In this document: piece by piece, positions 55,195 to 64,000 of the stretch
Layout: every line of letters starts with the position of its first letter
Numbering within the stretch: position 1 is the stretch's first letter
Assembly: GCA_905233745.1 (NCBI GenBank)
Contig: CAJODA010000001.1
Coordinates: 7,855 to 71,854 of the forward strand
Source: an uncultured Bacteroidales bacterium
Lineage (GTDB): Bacteria; Bacteroidota; Bacteroidia; Bacteroidales; WCHB1-69
DNA length: 64,000 nucleotides
Direction: 5' to 3'
Translations under genes and position numbers: made by a program
Notes under the pieces: model-generated
Database searches by the model: none
What the model saw: only the letters and a program-made list of their open reading frames with translations
Told to the model about the DNA's origin: nothing

Positions 55195-56736
55195 TTATCT
55201 GGCATAATTGACTGAACGAGTCTCGCGGATGACGGTTATCTTGATTTGTCCAGGATAGGTCATCTCATTCTGAATTTTCTTGGAGAGATCGAGAGAGATC
55301 TGGTTCACCTCAGCATCGGAGACCTTCTCGGCACCAACAATCACGCGGAGTTCACGGCCAGCCTGAATAGCATAAGTCTTAACCACACCCGGATACGTCA
55401 AGGCGAGGTTTTCAAGATCATTGAGACGTTTCATGTAAGCCTCCACCACCTCGCGACGGGCACCTGGACGGGCACCGGAGATGGCGTCACAGACTTGGAC
55501 AATAGGGGCTATCAAAGAGGTCATCTCCATCTCGTCATGGTGTGCGCCGATGGCATTCACAATCTCTGGGCGCTCCTTGTATTGTTCGGCCAGACGGGCT
55601 CCGTAGAGCGCATGCGGCAATTCCGGCTCCATATCTGGCACTTTGCCGATATCGTGGAGCAAACCGGCACGACGGGCCAACTTCGGATTGAGTCCCAATT
55701 CTGCAGCCATGGTGGCACTGAGATTGGCAACCTCCTTGGCATGTTGCAGAAGGTTCTGACCGTATGATGAGCGGTAACGCATCTTGCCGACCATACGCAT
55801 CAGCTCATGTGGCATATTGTTGATACCCAAATCAATGCAGGTTCTCTTACCCAATTCGGCAATCTCCTGTTCAATCTGTTTCTTTGTTTTGGCCACCACT
55901 TCCTCAATTCTGGCAGGGTGGATACGTCCGTCGGAGACCAGCTTTTGCAGGGAGAGTCGGGCGATTTCGCGGCGCACTGGATCGAAGCTGGAAAGCAGGA
56001 TTGCATCCGGTGAGTCGTCAATGATGACATCAACGCCGGTCAGATTCTCAAGCGTACGGATATTACGACCTTCACGTCCGATGATACGGCCCTTAATCTC
56101 ATCGTTTTCAATATTGAAAACTGAAACGGTGTTTTCGATGGCAGCCTCTACGCCGGTTCGTTGCAGAGCATTCACCACCACTTTCTTAGCCTCAAGATTG
56201 GCCGTATTCTTGGCCTCATCCACAATCTCTTGAATCATTACCATGGCGTCTGCCTTGGCTTCATCGCGCATCAGCTCAATCAACTGAGCCTTAGCCTGAT
56301 CTGATGTAAGTTCAGCTATGGACTCCAGTTTGGCTTTTTGGATGTTGGTTTGCTCATCGAGCTCCTTCTGTTTTTGAGCCGTAACCTGCAGCTGTTTGTT
56401 GAGATTTTCTTTCATGGCGGCGTTTTCAGCCGTCTTGCGATTCAGCTCTTCCATCTTTTGACCTAACGAACTCTCTTTCTGCTTGATACGGTTCTCTGCC
56501 GAGGAGAGCTGCTGGTTTCGGTCGTGAACGGTCTTCTCATATTCGCTTTTCAATTGGAGAAATTTCTCCTTAGCTTGGAGAATCTTCTCTTTTTTCAGCA
56601 ATTCTCCATCTTCTTCTGCCTTTTTCAGGGCCTCACGCCCCGCTTTCGTAAGTTGGTTCTTAAGTAACGTATAGGCTAAAGCCAGACCGACTGCAACGCC
56701 AATCACCAAGCCTATCATAATCTTTAGTACTGTCAT
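55195..56736 (-). CDS. rny: Ribonuclease Y
   Basis: N-terminal TM helix, coiled coil, KH domain ([12 protein letters not shown]) and HD domain (HAKEV..LLHDIGK). Confidence 0.93.
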   Translation of the reverse strand: MTVLKIMIGLVIGVAVGLALAYTLLKNQLTKAGREALKKAEEDGELLKKEKILQAKEKFLQLKSEYEKTVHDRNQQLSSAENRIKQKESSLGQKMEELNRKTAENAAMKENLNKQLQVTAQKQKELDEQTNIQKAKLESIAELTSDQAKAQLIELMRDEAKADAMVMIQEIVDEAKNTANLEAKKVVVNALQRTGVEAAIENTVSVFNIENDEIKGRIIGREGRNIRTLENLTGVDVIIDDSPDAILLSSFDPVRREIARLSLQKLVSDGRIHPARIEEVVAKTKKQIEQEIAELGKRTCIDLGINNMPHELMRMVGKMRYRSSYGQNLLQHAKEVANLSATMAAELGLNPKLARRAGLLHDIGKVPDMEPELPHALYGARLAEQYKERPEIVNAIGAHHDEMEMTSLIAPIVQVCDAISGARPGARREVVEAYMKRLNDLENLALTYPGVVKTYAIQAGRELRVIVGAEKVSDAEVNQISLDLSKKIQNEMTYPGQIKITVIRETRSVNYAR

Positions 56737-56810
56737 ATAGTGTAGTTATTTGTTGTTTAAGTGTTTAAATGATAATCTCTAATCGTTAATCTTTCATCTC
56801 ATCGCAAAGC

Positions 56811-57000
56811 AAAAAAAACCGCATAAGTTCCATAGGGTTTCGAAAAACTCCTAATAGATAAGATGAAGGTGCCGACTCACTTCGCGCTTCCCCGGGCTGG
56901 AAAGCCATCCTTACGGATTCGGGCCTGTTCTAGGCAAATCAAGCGTCCCCTTCGTTTGAAAATGTGTTGAGTTTAACAAACGTATCTGAACTTATGCGGG
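56811..57000 (-). ncRNA. ssrS: Candidate 6S RNA (ssrS) downstream of zapA
   Basis: A 12-bp perfect closing helix (56819-56830 ccgcataagttc with 56988-56999 gaacttatgcgg) encloses 157 nt of imperfect helices. On the minus strand the 3' arm is followed by U8 (56811-56818). The zapA-ssrS order matches E. coli. Confidence 0.55.
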
Positions 57001-57021
57001 ATGGGTATTTCAAAGAACGAA

Positions 57022-57318
57022 CTAATCAACTTCAAATTTGTCTGTCAGCTGTTTAAGCGACTCCATCATCGGCACCACCTCCTCGTCAAAACCCTTCAAT
57101 CTCTCCTCGTCAGCCAACCACTTCACTACAAAATCGACCAAAATCTTGGACAGTAAATCCTGCTGGTCTGTATATGTCCATTTTTTAGCAAATTCCAAAA
57201 AACTGTCATTGATTATTTTTTCTGCCTCACGGAAATAGTGTTCCCATTCCTTCTGTATTGTCACAGTCATCGGGCGTTGCGCCACCTGTATTGTGATTTT
57301 TATACGACCGTCATCCAT
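57022..57318 (-). CDS. zapA: Cell division protein ZapA-like
   Basis: 98 aa, MDDGRIKITIQVAQRPMTVTIQKEWEHYFREAEKIIND.., matching the typical ZapA N-terminal pattern. Confidence 0.6.
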   Translation of the reverse strand: MDDGRIKITIQVAQRPMTVTIQKEWEHYFREAEKIINDSFLEFAKKWTYTDQQDLLSKILVDFVVKWLADEERLKGFDEEVVPMMESLKQLTDKFEVD

Positions 57319-57319
57319 T

Positions 57320-57616
57320 TTATTTGTTCGTGAGCAGATTAATACACTTGTCTATCTCCCGCACCCAATCATTTATTTGCTTCTTTGTTTCTTGCTTGTC
57401 TTTCTTATTAAAAACCGTTTTTGTTATAACAATTAATTTTAATCTTTCCGTCAATTCATCCAGCTGTCTGCGCAGCATCGCCCCCTCCTTTTCCAGTTCC
57501 GCATTGCGATCCTTCAACTCAGCATTCTCCCGCTGCAGTTCTGCCGTTTTCAACAACGCCGCCTTTACGTTATATTCAATTTTGTTATATAAACTTTCAA
57601 ACGATGCCATTGACAT
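57320..57616 (-). CDS. Coiled-coil protein (ZapB-like?), co-oriented with zapA
   Basis: LQRENAELKDRNAELEKEGAMLRRQLDELTERLK. The start is set at 57616 or 57610, because the -7 box overlaps the longer ORF's first ATG. Confidence 0.5.
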   Translation of the reverse strand: MSMASFESLYNKIEYNVKAALLKTAELQRENAELKDRNAELEKEGAMLRRQLDELTERLKLIVITKTVFNKKDKQETKKQINDWVREIDKCINLLTNK

Positions 57617-57628
57617 TTTATTGACGTG

Positions 57629-57636
57629 CAAAAATA
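57629..57636 (-). promoter_or_regulatory. Bacteroides-type -7 box for the zapA operon
   Basis: The plus strand reads CAAAAATA. Confidence 0.45.
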
Positions 57637-57803
57637 CAATTTTTTAGGGTGATTTCCAAATATCTTTTTCCAATTAAAAAAATGCAAAAAATGAAATTTT
57701 TATATCATACTGATTCTAAATGTTTTAAACATAAAAACAAACAGATTATTGTGATAAAATAAAAAAAAGATGTGAAAAAAAGACGTACTGTAAAAAATTA
57801 TTG

Positions 57804-57811
57804 TATCTTTG
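57804..57811 (+). promoter_or_regulatory. Bacteroides-type -7 box (TAtcTTTG) for the ECF sigma factor gene
   Basis: Exact match, 103 nt upstream of the ATG at 57914. Confidence 0.4.
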
Positions 57812-57913
57812 CCGCTGTTAATTAATCTGATTATAGACCAAAATATAAGGAGACCAGCTATCGACATAAATCTACTTTCTTAACATTCACACATATAAAG
57901 AAAGGAGTTTTCT

Positions 57914-58498
57914 ATGAAGACCGTTAAACTTAGCGATAACGAGTTGATAGCAAATTATCAAATCGGAGACGAGCAAGCATTGAAAACATTGATAGCACGC
58001 TATGAAAAGCGCCTGTTCTCCTATATTATGCTCTCTGTGAAAAACAAAGAACTTGCGGAGGATATTTTCCAGGACACCTTCATTAAAGTCATCAACACTA
58101 TCCGGTCTGGAAACTACCACGAGGAGGGGAAATTCTTCCAATGGATTATGCGTATTGCCAACAACCTTAAAATTGACCACTACAGAAAAGTGCAGCGCAT
58201 GCCGGTTTTTGACAGCGGCGACAGTGGTTTTGACATCTTCGACGTAATCAGCACACACGAGGACTCCGTTGAGCAGAAGATGATACGCGAACAGATCTAT
58301 GACGACCTGCACCACGTCATCGAGTTCCTCCCGCAGGAGCAGAAGGAGGTTCTGGTCATGCGCATTTATCAGGACTACAGTTTCAAGGAAATCTCCGAAA
58401 TCACGGGAGTGAGCATCAACACAGCTTTGGGACGTATGCGATACGCCCTTATCAATCTCCGAAAGCTGATTGCCCAGAACAAAGTGGTTATCGAATAA
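57914..58498 (+). CDS. RNA polymerase sigma factor, ECF (sigma-24) subfamily
   Basis: Region 2 DIFQDTFIKV..FFQWIMRIANNLKIDHYRK. Region 4 LPQEQKEVLVMRIYQDYSFKEISEITGVSINTALGRMRYA. Confidence 0.85.
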   Translation: MKTVKLSDNELIANYQIGDEQALKTLIARYEKRLFSYIMLSVKNKELAEDIFQDTFIKVINTIRSGNYHEEGKFFQWIMRIANNLKIDHYRKVQRMPVFDSGDSGFDIFDVISTHEDSVEQKMIREQIYDDLHHVIEFLPQEQKEVLVMRIYQDYSFKEISEITGVSINTALGRMRYALINLRKLIAQNKVVIE

Positions 58499-58565
58499 CA
58501 ACCGTCAGAGTTACAGCGTTTTAGCAACATACAGGCCGCAAAGTTAAACGTAACGAAAAAAAACG

Positions 58566-58573
58566 TACTTTTG
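58566..58573 (+). promoter_or_regulatory. Bacteroides-type -7 box (TActTTTG) for efp
   Basis: Exact match, 39 nt upstream of the ATG at 58612. Confidence 0.45.
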
Positions 58574-58611
58574 CAGCCTGTTATTTTTATATATAAACTT
58601 AATTAATAAAC

Positions 58612-59181
58612 ATGGCAACAACAGCTGATTTTAAAAACGGACTTTGTATTGTGTACAACAATGAATTGTGGACTATTGTTGAATTCCTGCACGTAAAACC
58701 GGGCAAGGGCAATACTTTTGTACGTACCAAACTGAAAAACATCAAATCTGGCAGAGTACAGGAATTCCGCTTTGACGCCGGCATCAAGATCGATTTGGCT
58801 CGCGTAGAGCGTCGTCCTTACATCTTCTCTTACAAGGAGGGCGCCAACACCTACAACTTCATGCACGCAGAGACTTTCGAGCCCCTTACCATTGAAAAGG
58901 ACTTGATCAACAATCCTGATCTGCTGAAAGAAGGCCAGACCGTGGAGATTATGTATCACACAGACACCGACACCCCGCTCACTTGCGAGCTTCCTCCGTT
59001 CGTTGACCTGGAGATTATTGAAGCCGACCCGGGCGTGAAAGGCAATACCGCCACCAACTCACTGAAGAGAGCTGTTGTTGAGACCGGTGCAGAAGTTTAT
59101 GTGCCCCTTTTCATCAACGCCGGTGAGAAAATCAAAGTTGACACTCGTACTAACAAATATTCAGAAAGAGTTAAGGAATAA
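58612..59181 (+). CDS. efp: Translation elongation factor P
   Basis: TADFKNGLCIVYNNELWTIVEFLHVKPGKGNTFVRTKLKN. Confidence 0.93.
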   Translation: MATTADFKNGLCIVYNNELWTIVEFLHVKPGKGNTFVRTKLKNIKSGRVQEFRFDAGIKIDLARVERRPYIFSYKEGANTYNFMHAETFEPLTIEKDLINNPDLLKEGQTVEIMYHTDTDTPLTCELPPFVDLEIIEADPGVKGNTATNSLKRAVVETGAEVYVPLFINAGEKIKVDTRTNKYSERVKE

Positions 59182-60150
59182 ATGAGATTCCCCTCCCCAC
59201 TTTCTTTAGATGAAATAATCCGCCTGATAGGACGTCCTGTCACCACGCTCGGCGAAGTGCCGGGAAAGGTTACAGGTATCAATGAGTTGCACTCCGTCGA
59301 GAAGGGAGACCTGACCTTTGTGGATTGCAACAAATACTACAAGCGCGCGCTGGAGAGCAAGGCCACTTTCATCATCATCAACCAGTCTGACCTGCCTTGT
59401 CCGGAAGGCAAAGTGCTGCTCATCAGTGAAGACCCCCTGACGGACTATCTGAATGTGGTCAAGAGTTTCATCCACTTCACACCGCAAAACAGCAATATCC
59501 ATCCGACCGCCGAAATCGGCGAGGGCACCGTCATCCAACCGCTTGTGTTCATCGGAGAGAATGTGAAAATCGGCAAGAACTGCCTGATTCACTCCAATGT
59601 CAGCATATATGCAGACACCGTCATTGGTGATAATGTCGTCATCCACTCCAACAGCACCATAGGCGGTGACGCCTGCTATTTCCAAAAACGTCCCGACAAA
59701 TGGGTGAAACTGGAATCTTGTGGAAAGACTTTGATTGGGAATGATGTGGAGATCGGTTGCGGATGCTGCATTGACAAGGGCGTTTCCGGGACCACCTACA
59801 TCGGCGACGGCACCAAATTCGACAATCTGGTACAAGTGGGCCATGACACTCACATTGGCAAGCGAGTCCTGCTGGGCGCCCAAAGCGGAATTGCCGGATG
59901 CACCTACATTGATGACGACTGTAAAATCTGGGCCAAGGCCTGCGTCAACAAAGATCTGTACATTGCAAAGAACACAATCCTTTACGCGCTGTCCGCACTG
60001 GACAAAAGCGTGAATCAGGAGGGCACCACCCTGTTCGGTGTTCCCGCCATCGATGCACAGACTAAATGGAAGGAGCTCATTTACGTCAAAAACCTACCCA
60101 CACTATATAAAGATGTAAATGAACTGAAGCAGAAAGAAAAGGGAGAGTAA
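59182..60150 (+). CDS. lpxD: UDP-3-O-acylglucosamine N-acyltransferase (LpxD-like, left-handed beta-helix)
   Basis: LSLDEIIRLIG..ELHSVEKGDLTFV.. followed by hexapeptide repeats (IGENVKIGKNCLIHSNVSIYADTVIGDNVVIHSN). Confidence 0.75.
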   Translation: MRFPSPLSLDEIIRLIGRPVTTLGEVPGKVTGINELHSVEKGDLTFVDCNKYYKRALESKATFIIINQSDLPCPEGKVLLISEDPLTDYLNVVKSFIHFTPQNSNIHPTAEIGEGTVIQPLVFIGENVKIGKNCLIHSNVSIYADTVIGDNVVIHSNSTIGGDACYFQKRPDKWVKLESCGKTLIGNDVEIGCGCCIDKGVSGTTYIGDGTKFDNLVQVGHDTHIGKRVLLGAQSGIAGCTYIDDDCKIWAKACVNKDLYIAKNTILYALSALDKSVNQEGTTLFGVPAIDAQTKWKELIYVKNLPTLYKDVNELKQKEKGE

Positions 60151-60160
60151 AATCCAATAA

Positions 60161-60197
60161 CAAAAAAAAAGACGCGTTGTGACGCGTCTTTTTTTTT
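60161..60197. terminator. Bidirectional terminator between lpxD and the tRNA genes
   Basis: A9, then agacgcg ttgtga cgcgtct, then T9. Confidence 0.8.
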
Positions 60198-60200
60198 GTG

Positions 60201-60275
60201 TGATCTGTACAAGATTTGAACTTGTGACCTCTTGCCTGTCAAGCAAGCGCTCTAAACCAACTGAGCTAACAGATC
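60201..60275 (-). tRNA. tRNA-Val (anticodon GAC)
   Basis: Cloverleaf folded by hand: acceptor GATCTGT/ACAGATC, D-arm GCTC..GAGC, anticodon stem CTTGC/GCAAG with loop TTGACAG, T-arm ACAAG TTCAAAT CTTGT. CCA is not encoded. Confidence 0.9.
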
Positions 60276-60292
60276 ATATTTCCCAATATCAG

Positions 60293-60380
60293 CGGAGAGA
60301 CTGGGATTCGAACCCAGGAAGCGCTTTTGGCGCTTACACGCTCTCCAGGCGTGCGCCTTCGACCACTCGGCCATCTCTCC
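60293..60380 (-). tRNA. tRNA-Ser (anticodon GGA), class II with a long variable arm
   Basis: Acceptor GGAGAGA/TCTCTCC, anticodon stem CACGC/GCGTG with loop CTGGAGA, variable arm GCGC..GCGC, T-arm CTGGG TTCGAAT CCCAG. Confidence 0.9.
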
Positions 60381-60394
60381 TCTTTTTGAGGGTG

Positions 60395-60402
60395 CAAATA
60401 TA
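60395..60402 (-). promoter_or_regulatory. Bacteroides-type -7 box for the tRNA-Ser/tRNA-Val transcript
   Basis: The plus strand reads CAAATATA, 15 nt upstream of the tRNA-Ser 5' end. Confidence 0.45.
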
Positions 60403-60530
60403 CACTTTTTTTCAAATAATCACTTCTTCGAAAAAACGGCCCTCGTTTTTATTCCAAATAAAGTGTAACTATCTGTATATAAGCAATTAATATTAAAGAT
60501 AGCACTTTTGACCGACAACTGATTTAAAGA

Positions 60531-60566
60531 ATTTCTGCCAGTCTTAACAATAAAACTGGCAGAAAT
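60531..60566 (-). terminator. 12-bp perfect hairpin downstream of the S46 peptidase gene
   Basis: atttctgccagt ..12 nt.. actggcagaaat. Confidence 0.5.
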
Positions 60567-60583
60567 ATTCAATTTTTTCAGTT

Positions 60584-62752
60584 TTATTCTACAATATCCA
60601 TCTCATCAATGATGTTCTGCGCATTGGCAAACTTGTCCACGATGAAGAGAAAATAGCGGGCATCAAGGCTGATATTGCGGCAACGGCTTACATCATAGTT
60701 GATATCGCTCATGGTGCCTTCCCATACGCGGTCAAAGTTGGTTCCAATCAGCTCACCATTCCCATTGATAACCGGGCTTCCCGAATTTCCGCCTGTAGTA
60801 TGATTGCTGGCAATAAAGGCAACAGGAAGCTCTCCGTTCTTGTTGGCATATCGACCATAATCCTTCTTCTCCCATAATTGTTTCAGCTTCGGGTCAACCT
60901 TATAATCGTAAACATCGGGATCCTCCTTTTGGATAATACCATCCAATGTGGTATAATAATTATATAGTATGCCATCAACAGGTTTAAATCCCTTCACCTG
61001 ACCATACGTGACACGCAAGGTCAGATTGGCATCGGGATAGAAGACACGGTCCTTTTCCTTTTCCATCAGGGCTTTGACGTATATCCGATAATATGAATTC
61101 AGCTGCTTATAACAGAGTAAGTATTTATTATGGACAACCAGATAATCATCGAATATGATGCTATAGAGTTTCAACAATTCGGAATCTGCGGTTTTAGCAA
61201 TTTGGCTGGGTTTAGCTTTCTTAATGAAATTTATAAATTTCTCATTATCCGTGAAATACGGCGCAGTTGCAGCTTGCTTGTTCCATAAATCCACCATCAT
61301 CTGACGCACAGCAGCCTCATCTTTCACATATTTGCGAAGATTTGCGGGAATCAATGCCGGGTCCTGCTTAGTGAAATAGTAGGTAAGCAACTCCACGAAG
61401 CACTCCTTGTCAATGGCAGGGCAATAACTTTCGCGGAACGTGCTGTTGCTCTGAAGCAGTTTCTGCCGGTTGCTCTCCAGATTGGCATTCTCGCCATTCA
61501 GCGCGGGCACAACGAGCTGTCTGTAATAGGGGTGCACGCTTTTACTGATGATTTCCGGACCGAAGACACATTCGCTAACGAAGGTAGTCACTTTGGTGTA
61601 TTCCGCATAGTTCTTATAGGCAAGTCTCATTTTATCGAGCAGTTGGCCATATTGGCCATTGTGGTCGGGATCGGCATTGACCCAGGACTGGAACTCTGCT
61701 TCCTCCTGCTGTTTCTTGGCAATAACATTGCACTCGCGGATACCTTTGCTCTCACCTTGCCACTTTTTCCAGCCGTTGGAGATGCTGTTGGCCTTGGCGG
61801 AATACATCAGGCGGATGCGCGGATCAAGGTTCATCTGGCGCTTCATGGCATCCAAACGGATGGTGCGAGCGTCAATGGCAATGGGATTCTGCACATTGGC
61901 CACCACATCCACGCCATCGGAAAGCAAAAACTGCTGTGTGCTGCCCGGATATCCGAACACCAATGTAAAGTCGTTTTCTTCAATCCCCTTGATGGAGATA
62001 GGAAAGTATTTCTTCGGCACCATCGGGATATTATCCGGGGAATAACCGGCCGGTTTGCCATCCTTATCAGTGTATATGCGCCAAAGCGAGAAGTCACCCG
62101 TATGCCGCGGCCACATCCAGTTGTCACTATCGCCACCGAACTTGCCAATGCTCTCTGGCGGCACACCCACGAGACGGACATCGCTATAGGTTTCCGTAAC
62201 AAACATAAAATACTGATTGCCATAGTAAAATGGCTTGATAGTTGCTTTATAAGTGGTGTTCTCAGTGGTTGCTTTTATTATATCCTTAATACTGTTATTG
62301 ACGATTATGCGACGTTCATCCTCGTCCATCTCATCATTCACATCTTTCAACACCTGTTCTGTCACATCCTCCATATAGACCAGAAACGTGACTGTAAGCC
62401 CTTCCATGGGGATCTCTTCGCTTTTATTTTTGGCCCAAAATCCGTTTTGAAGATGGTTTTGCTCCATCGTACTATGCGACTGCACATAGGAATATCCGCA
62501 ATGATGGTTGGTCAGCACCAATCCCTGGGAAGAAATCAGTTCGCCGGTACACCCGCCGCCGAACAACATAACAGCGTCTTTCATACTATGATGGTTTACG
62601 CTGTAAACGTCTTCAGCGGTCAGTTTGAAGCCAAGCGACTGCATGTCAGCCTCATTGTATTTCAAAAACAGTGGCAGCCACATGCCGCCATCAGCGCGGA
62701 CAAAACTGAAAATTGCCGCGAACAAAAGAGTAAGAAGTAATGATTTGCGCAT
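60584..62752 (-). CDS. Family S46 dipeptidyl-peptidase (DPP7/DPP11-like)
   Basis: Signal peptide, then ADGGMWLP..GGCTGELISSQGLVLTNHHCGY (catalytic His) and ..TTGGNSGSPVINGNGELIG (catalytic Ser). Confidence 0.88.
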   Translation of the reverse strand: MRKSLLLTLLFAAIFSFVRADGGMWLPLFLKYNEADMQSLGFKLTAEDVYSVNHHSMKDAVMLFGGGCTGELISSQGLVLTNHHCGYSYVQSHSTMEQNHLQNGFWAKNKSEEIPMEGLTVTFLVYMEDVTEQVLKDVNDEMDEDERRIIVNNSIKDIIKATTENTTYKATIKPFYYGNQYFMFVTETYSDVRLVGVPPESIGKFGGDSDNWMWPRHTGDFSLWRIYTDKDGKPAGYSPDNIPMVPKKYFPISIKGIEENDFTLVFGYPGSTQQFLLSDGVDVVANVQNPIAIDARTIRLDAMKRQMNLDPRIRLMYSAKANSISNGWKKWQGESKGIRECNVIAKKQQEEAEFQSWVNADPDHNGQYGQLLDKMRLAYKNYAEYTKVTTFVSECVFGPEIISKSVHPYYRQLVVPALNGENANLESNRQKLLQSNSTFRESYCPAIDKECFVELLTYYFTKQDPALIPANLRKYVKDEAAVRQMMVDLWNKQAATAPYFTDNEKFINFIKKAKPSQIAKTADSELLKLYSIIFDDYLVVHNKYLLCYKQLNSYYRIYVKALMEKEKDRVFYPDANLTLRVTYGQVKGFKPVDGILYNYYTTLDGIIQKEDPDVYDYKVDPKLKQLWEKKDYGRYANKNGELPVAFIASNHTTGGNSGSPVINGNGELIGTNFDRVWEGTMSDINYDVSRCRNISLDARYFLFIVDKFANAQNIIDEMDIVE

Positions 62753-62798
62753 AAGGAAAAAAATTATAAACAACTTGCAAGCCTCATACTTGCAGCCG

Positions 62799-62806
62799 CA
62801 AAAATA
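62799..62806 (-). promoter_or_regulatory. Bacteroides-type -7 box for the S46 peptidase gene
   Basis: The plus strand reads CAAAAATA, 47 nt upstream of the 62752 start. Confidence 0.45.
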
Positions 62807-62853
62807 CTCAAAAAAAGGGACATGGGAACAACTATGCCTGCTTCGGGCAACCG

Positions 62854-63438
62854 CTATTTCAAAAATTCAATCTTCCCATTCTGTTCCAACTCTTTCAGGA
62901 CCTGCTGGATATGTAACACCAGTGCCTTCGACAATTCATGCACCGTCTGTTTCCAAACTTCCAAACTGACATCCAGGTTATCGGAAACAATCTTATAGGA
63001 AACATACTTTTTCCCATTTTCTTGGGCAAACGACATCAAAACTGACGATTCCATATCGAAACAATCCACTTTGGACTTTACATCATCCAAATACGACTCC
63101 GTAAAGACTGTTGTTGACACAAAACTATCAGACGAATAGAGTGTAGCCTCCCGCACGGAAGCGTCTGCCTGCACATCAAAGTAGTCGGGCAACATCTTTT
63201 TCGGATAGAAGCTCGAACTTCCGGAAAGAATCTCCCGGATGCATAATATGGTTCCCACAGGCATGTCATAGGAACCCACGGTTCCAATATTGAGCATGAT
63301 AAAATCTTCATCGGCATGGCGATTCATGAAACGAATCATAGCACAGGTTGCATTCTCACGTCCGATTCCGGTAAAATTCACCAAATCGGCAAGGGAACCA
63401 ACCTCATCGGGAACAGCAGCAAAAAGGGCAATTTTCAT
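62854..63438 (-). CDS. Nucleoside phosphorylase-family protein (MTA/SAH nucleosidase-like, PNP_UDP_1)
   Basis: MKIALFAAVPDE..FTGIGRENA..NIGTVGS..CFDMES. The match is by fold-level motif only. Confidence 0.5.
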   Translation of the reverse strand: MKIALFAAVPDEVGSLADLVNFTGIGRENATCAMIRFMNRHADEDFIMLNIGTVGSYDMPVGTILCIREILSGSSSFYPKKMLPDYFDVQADASVREATLYSSDSFVSTTVFTESYLDDVKSKVDCFDMESSVLMSFAQENGKKYVSYKIVSDNLDVSLEVWKQTVHELSKALVLHIQQVLKELEQNGKIEFLK

Positions 63439-63539
63439 AAGGGGAAAGAGGTTTTAAGTTTGTATAGCAAGACGGGGTTTCCGCATCCGGGTTTGTAATA
63501 TTCGTATAAGGAAAAAGAATAGTCGTTATAAAGATGCGG

Positions 63540-63547
63540 CAAAAATA
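63540..63547 (-). promoter_or_regulatory. Bacteroides-type -7 box
   Basis: The plus strand reads CAAAAATA, 102 nt upstream of the 63438 start. Confidence 0.35.
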
Positions 63548-63587
63548 AAAAAAAGAATTCTCACAACTTGAATTATAAAAAAAAAAT

Positions 63588-63595
63588 TATTTTTG
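63588..63595 (+). promoter_or_regulatory. Bacteroides-type -7 box (TAttTTTG) for the SPFH gene
   Basis: Exact match, 64 nt upstream of the ATG at 63659. Confidence 0.4.
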
Positions 63596-63658
63596 CAGCG
63601 ATATTATAATAATATCATTTTAAAACTATTTTCAAACACAAATCCAAATCATATAATT

Positions 63659-64000
63659 ATGGAATCCAAAGAATTCAACAAAACAATGGGCGCTGGAAAC
63701 AACGGTTTCCTTCATCTTTTCCTTAACTTGTCAATGCTGGTAGTTTTCATCTTGCTGGTTGTAAGATTCAGCAAGCTGGAGTGTTTGTTTAATGCAGATG
63801 GTGAACCTACGACTTGGATCCTGCTTCCCGTTCTGTCAAGCATCTTTTTCCTTTTCCTGTACATCTTGCATCTGGCCGGATTCATGACCGTGCAGCCCAA
63901 CGAATCGCGTGTGCTCATCTTCTTCGGGAAATATTCCGGCACAGTAAAGCAGAACGGCTTTTTCTGGGCCAACCCTTTCTACAGCAAAGAGAAAATTTCA
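63659..64000 (+). CDS. SPFH/band-7 domain membrane protein, partial (continues beyond the window end)
   Basis: Not in the ORF track because it runs off the edge. MESKEFNK.., two TM helices, then VQPNESRVLIFFGKYSGTVKQNGFFWANPF, which is a typical start of an SPFH domain. Confidence 0.65.
   Translation, partial: MESKEFNKTMGAGNNGFLHLFLNLSMLVVFILLVVRFSKLECLFNADGEPTTWILLPVLSSIFFLFLYILHLAGFMTVQPNESRVLIFFGKYSGTVKQNGFFWANPFYSKEKIS

Noticed and set aside
57779-58573. Possible Mpi-type invertible promoter: AGACGTACTGT at about 57781 and AACGTACTTT at about 58563 resemble the B. fragilis inversion-site consensus ARACGTWCGT
   Set aside because: Both copies deviate from the consensus. They are in direct rather than inverted orientation, and they flank a whole gene rather than a promoter segment. 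The second copy is simply part of the efp -7 box context.
1-64000. CRISPR arrays, transposases, integrases, prophage or ICE genes, rRNA operons
   Set aside because: None were seen. The only short tandem repeats are the TTCACC x5 spacer (26339-26378) and the repeats encoding the acidic GyrA tail. Neither has the repeat-spacer organisation of a CRISPR array.

Overview
This is a 64 kb chromosomal segment from a Bacteroidota genome, most likely order Bacteroidales. The taxon is an inference from T9SS C-terminal sorting domains, DUF1573, BatD and FISUMP families, the absence of Shine-Dalgarno sites, and about 20 TAnnTTTG promoter boxes. The window is densely coding and mostly core housekeeping: tsf-rpsB, rpsI-rplM, folD, ffh, nadA, htpG, tig-clpP-clpX, secG, lptE, gyrA, clpC, kdsC, aroQ, rny, zapA, efp and lpxD. 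RNA genes are a tmRNA, tRNA-Val(GAC), tRNA-Ser(GGA) and a candidate 6S RNA downstream of zapA. I saw no rRNA, CRISPR array, transposase, integrase or phage genes. The accessory content has three parts. (i) Two divergently oriented FISUMP-domain surface-protein genes lie at the left edge; one runs off the window and is missing from the ORF track, and the other has its lipoprotein signal peptide split off by a 1-nt frameshift in a T6 run. (ii) A 1611-aa T9SS cargo protein is built from a roughly 265-aa tandem module. (iii) A compact 7-gene ketosynthase/ACP/dehydratase/LolA/GT2 cluster resembling aryl-polyene clusters sits between nadA and htpG. The observations I rate highest are the canonical sigma-54 promoter (TGGCAC-N5-TTGCA) directly upstream of htpG, a second good sigma-54 match upstream of an orphan batD-like gene, a receiver-less sigma-54 activator encoded in the same window, the minimal fused-domain polyketide/lipid cluster, and the 6S RNA candidate. 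All functional calls rest on motif recognition by eye; no database search was run.
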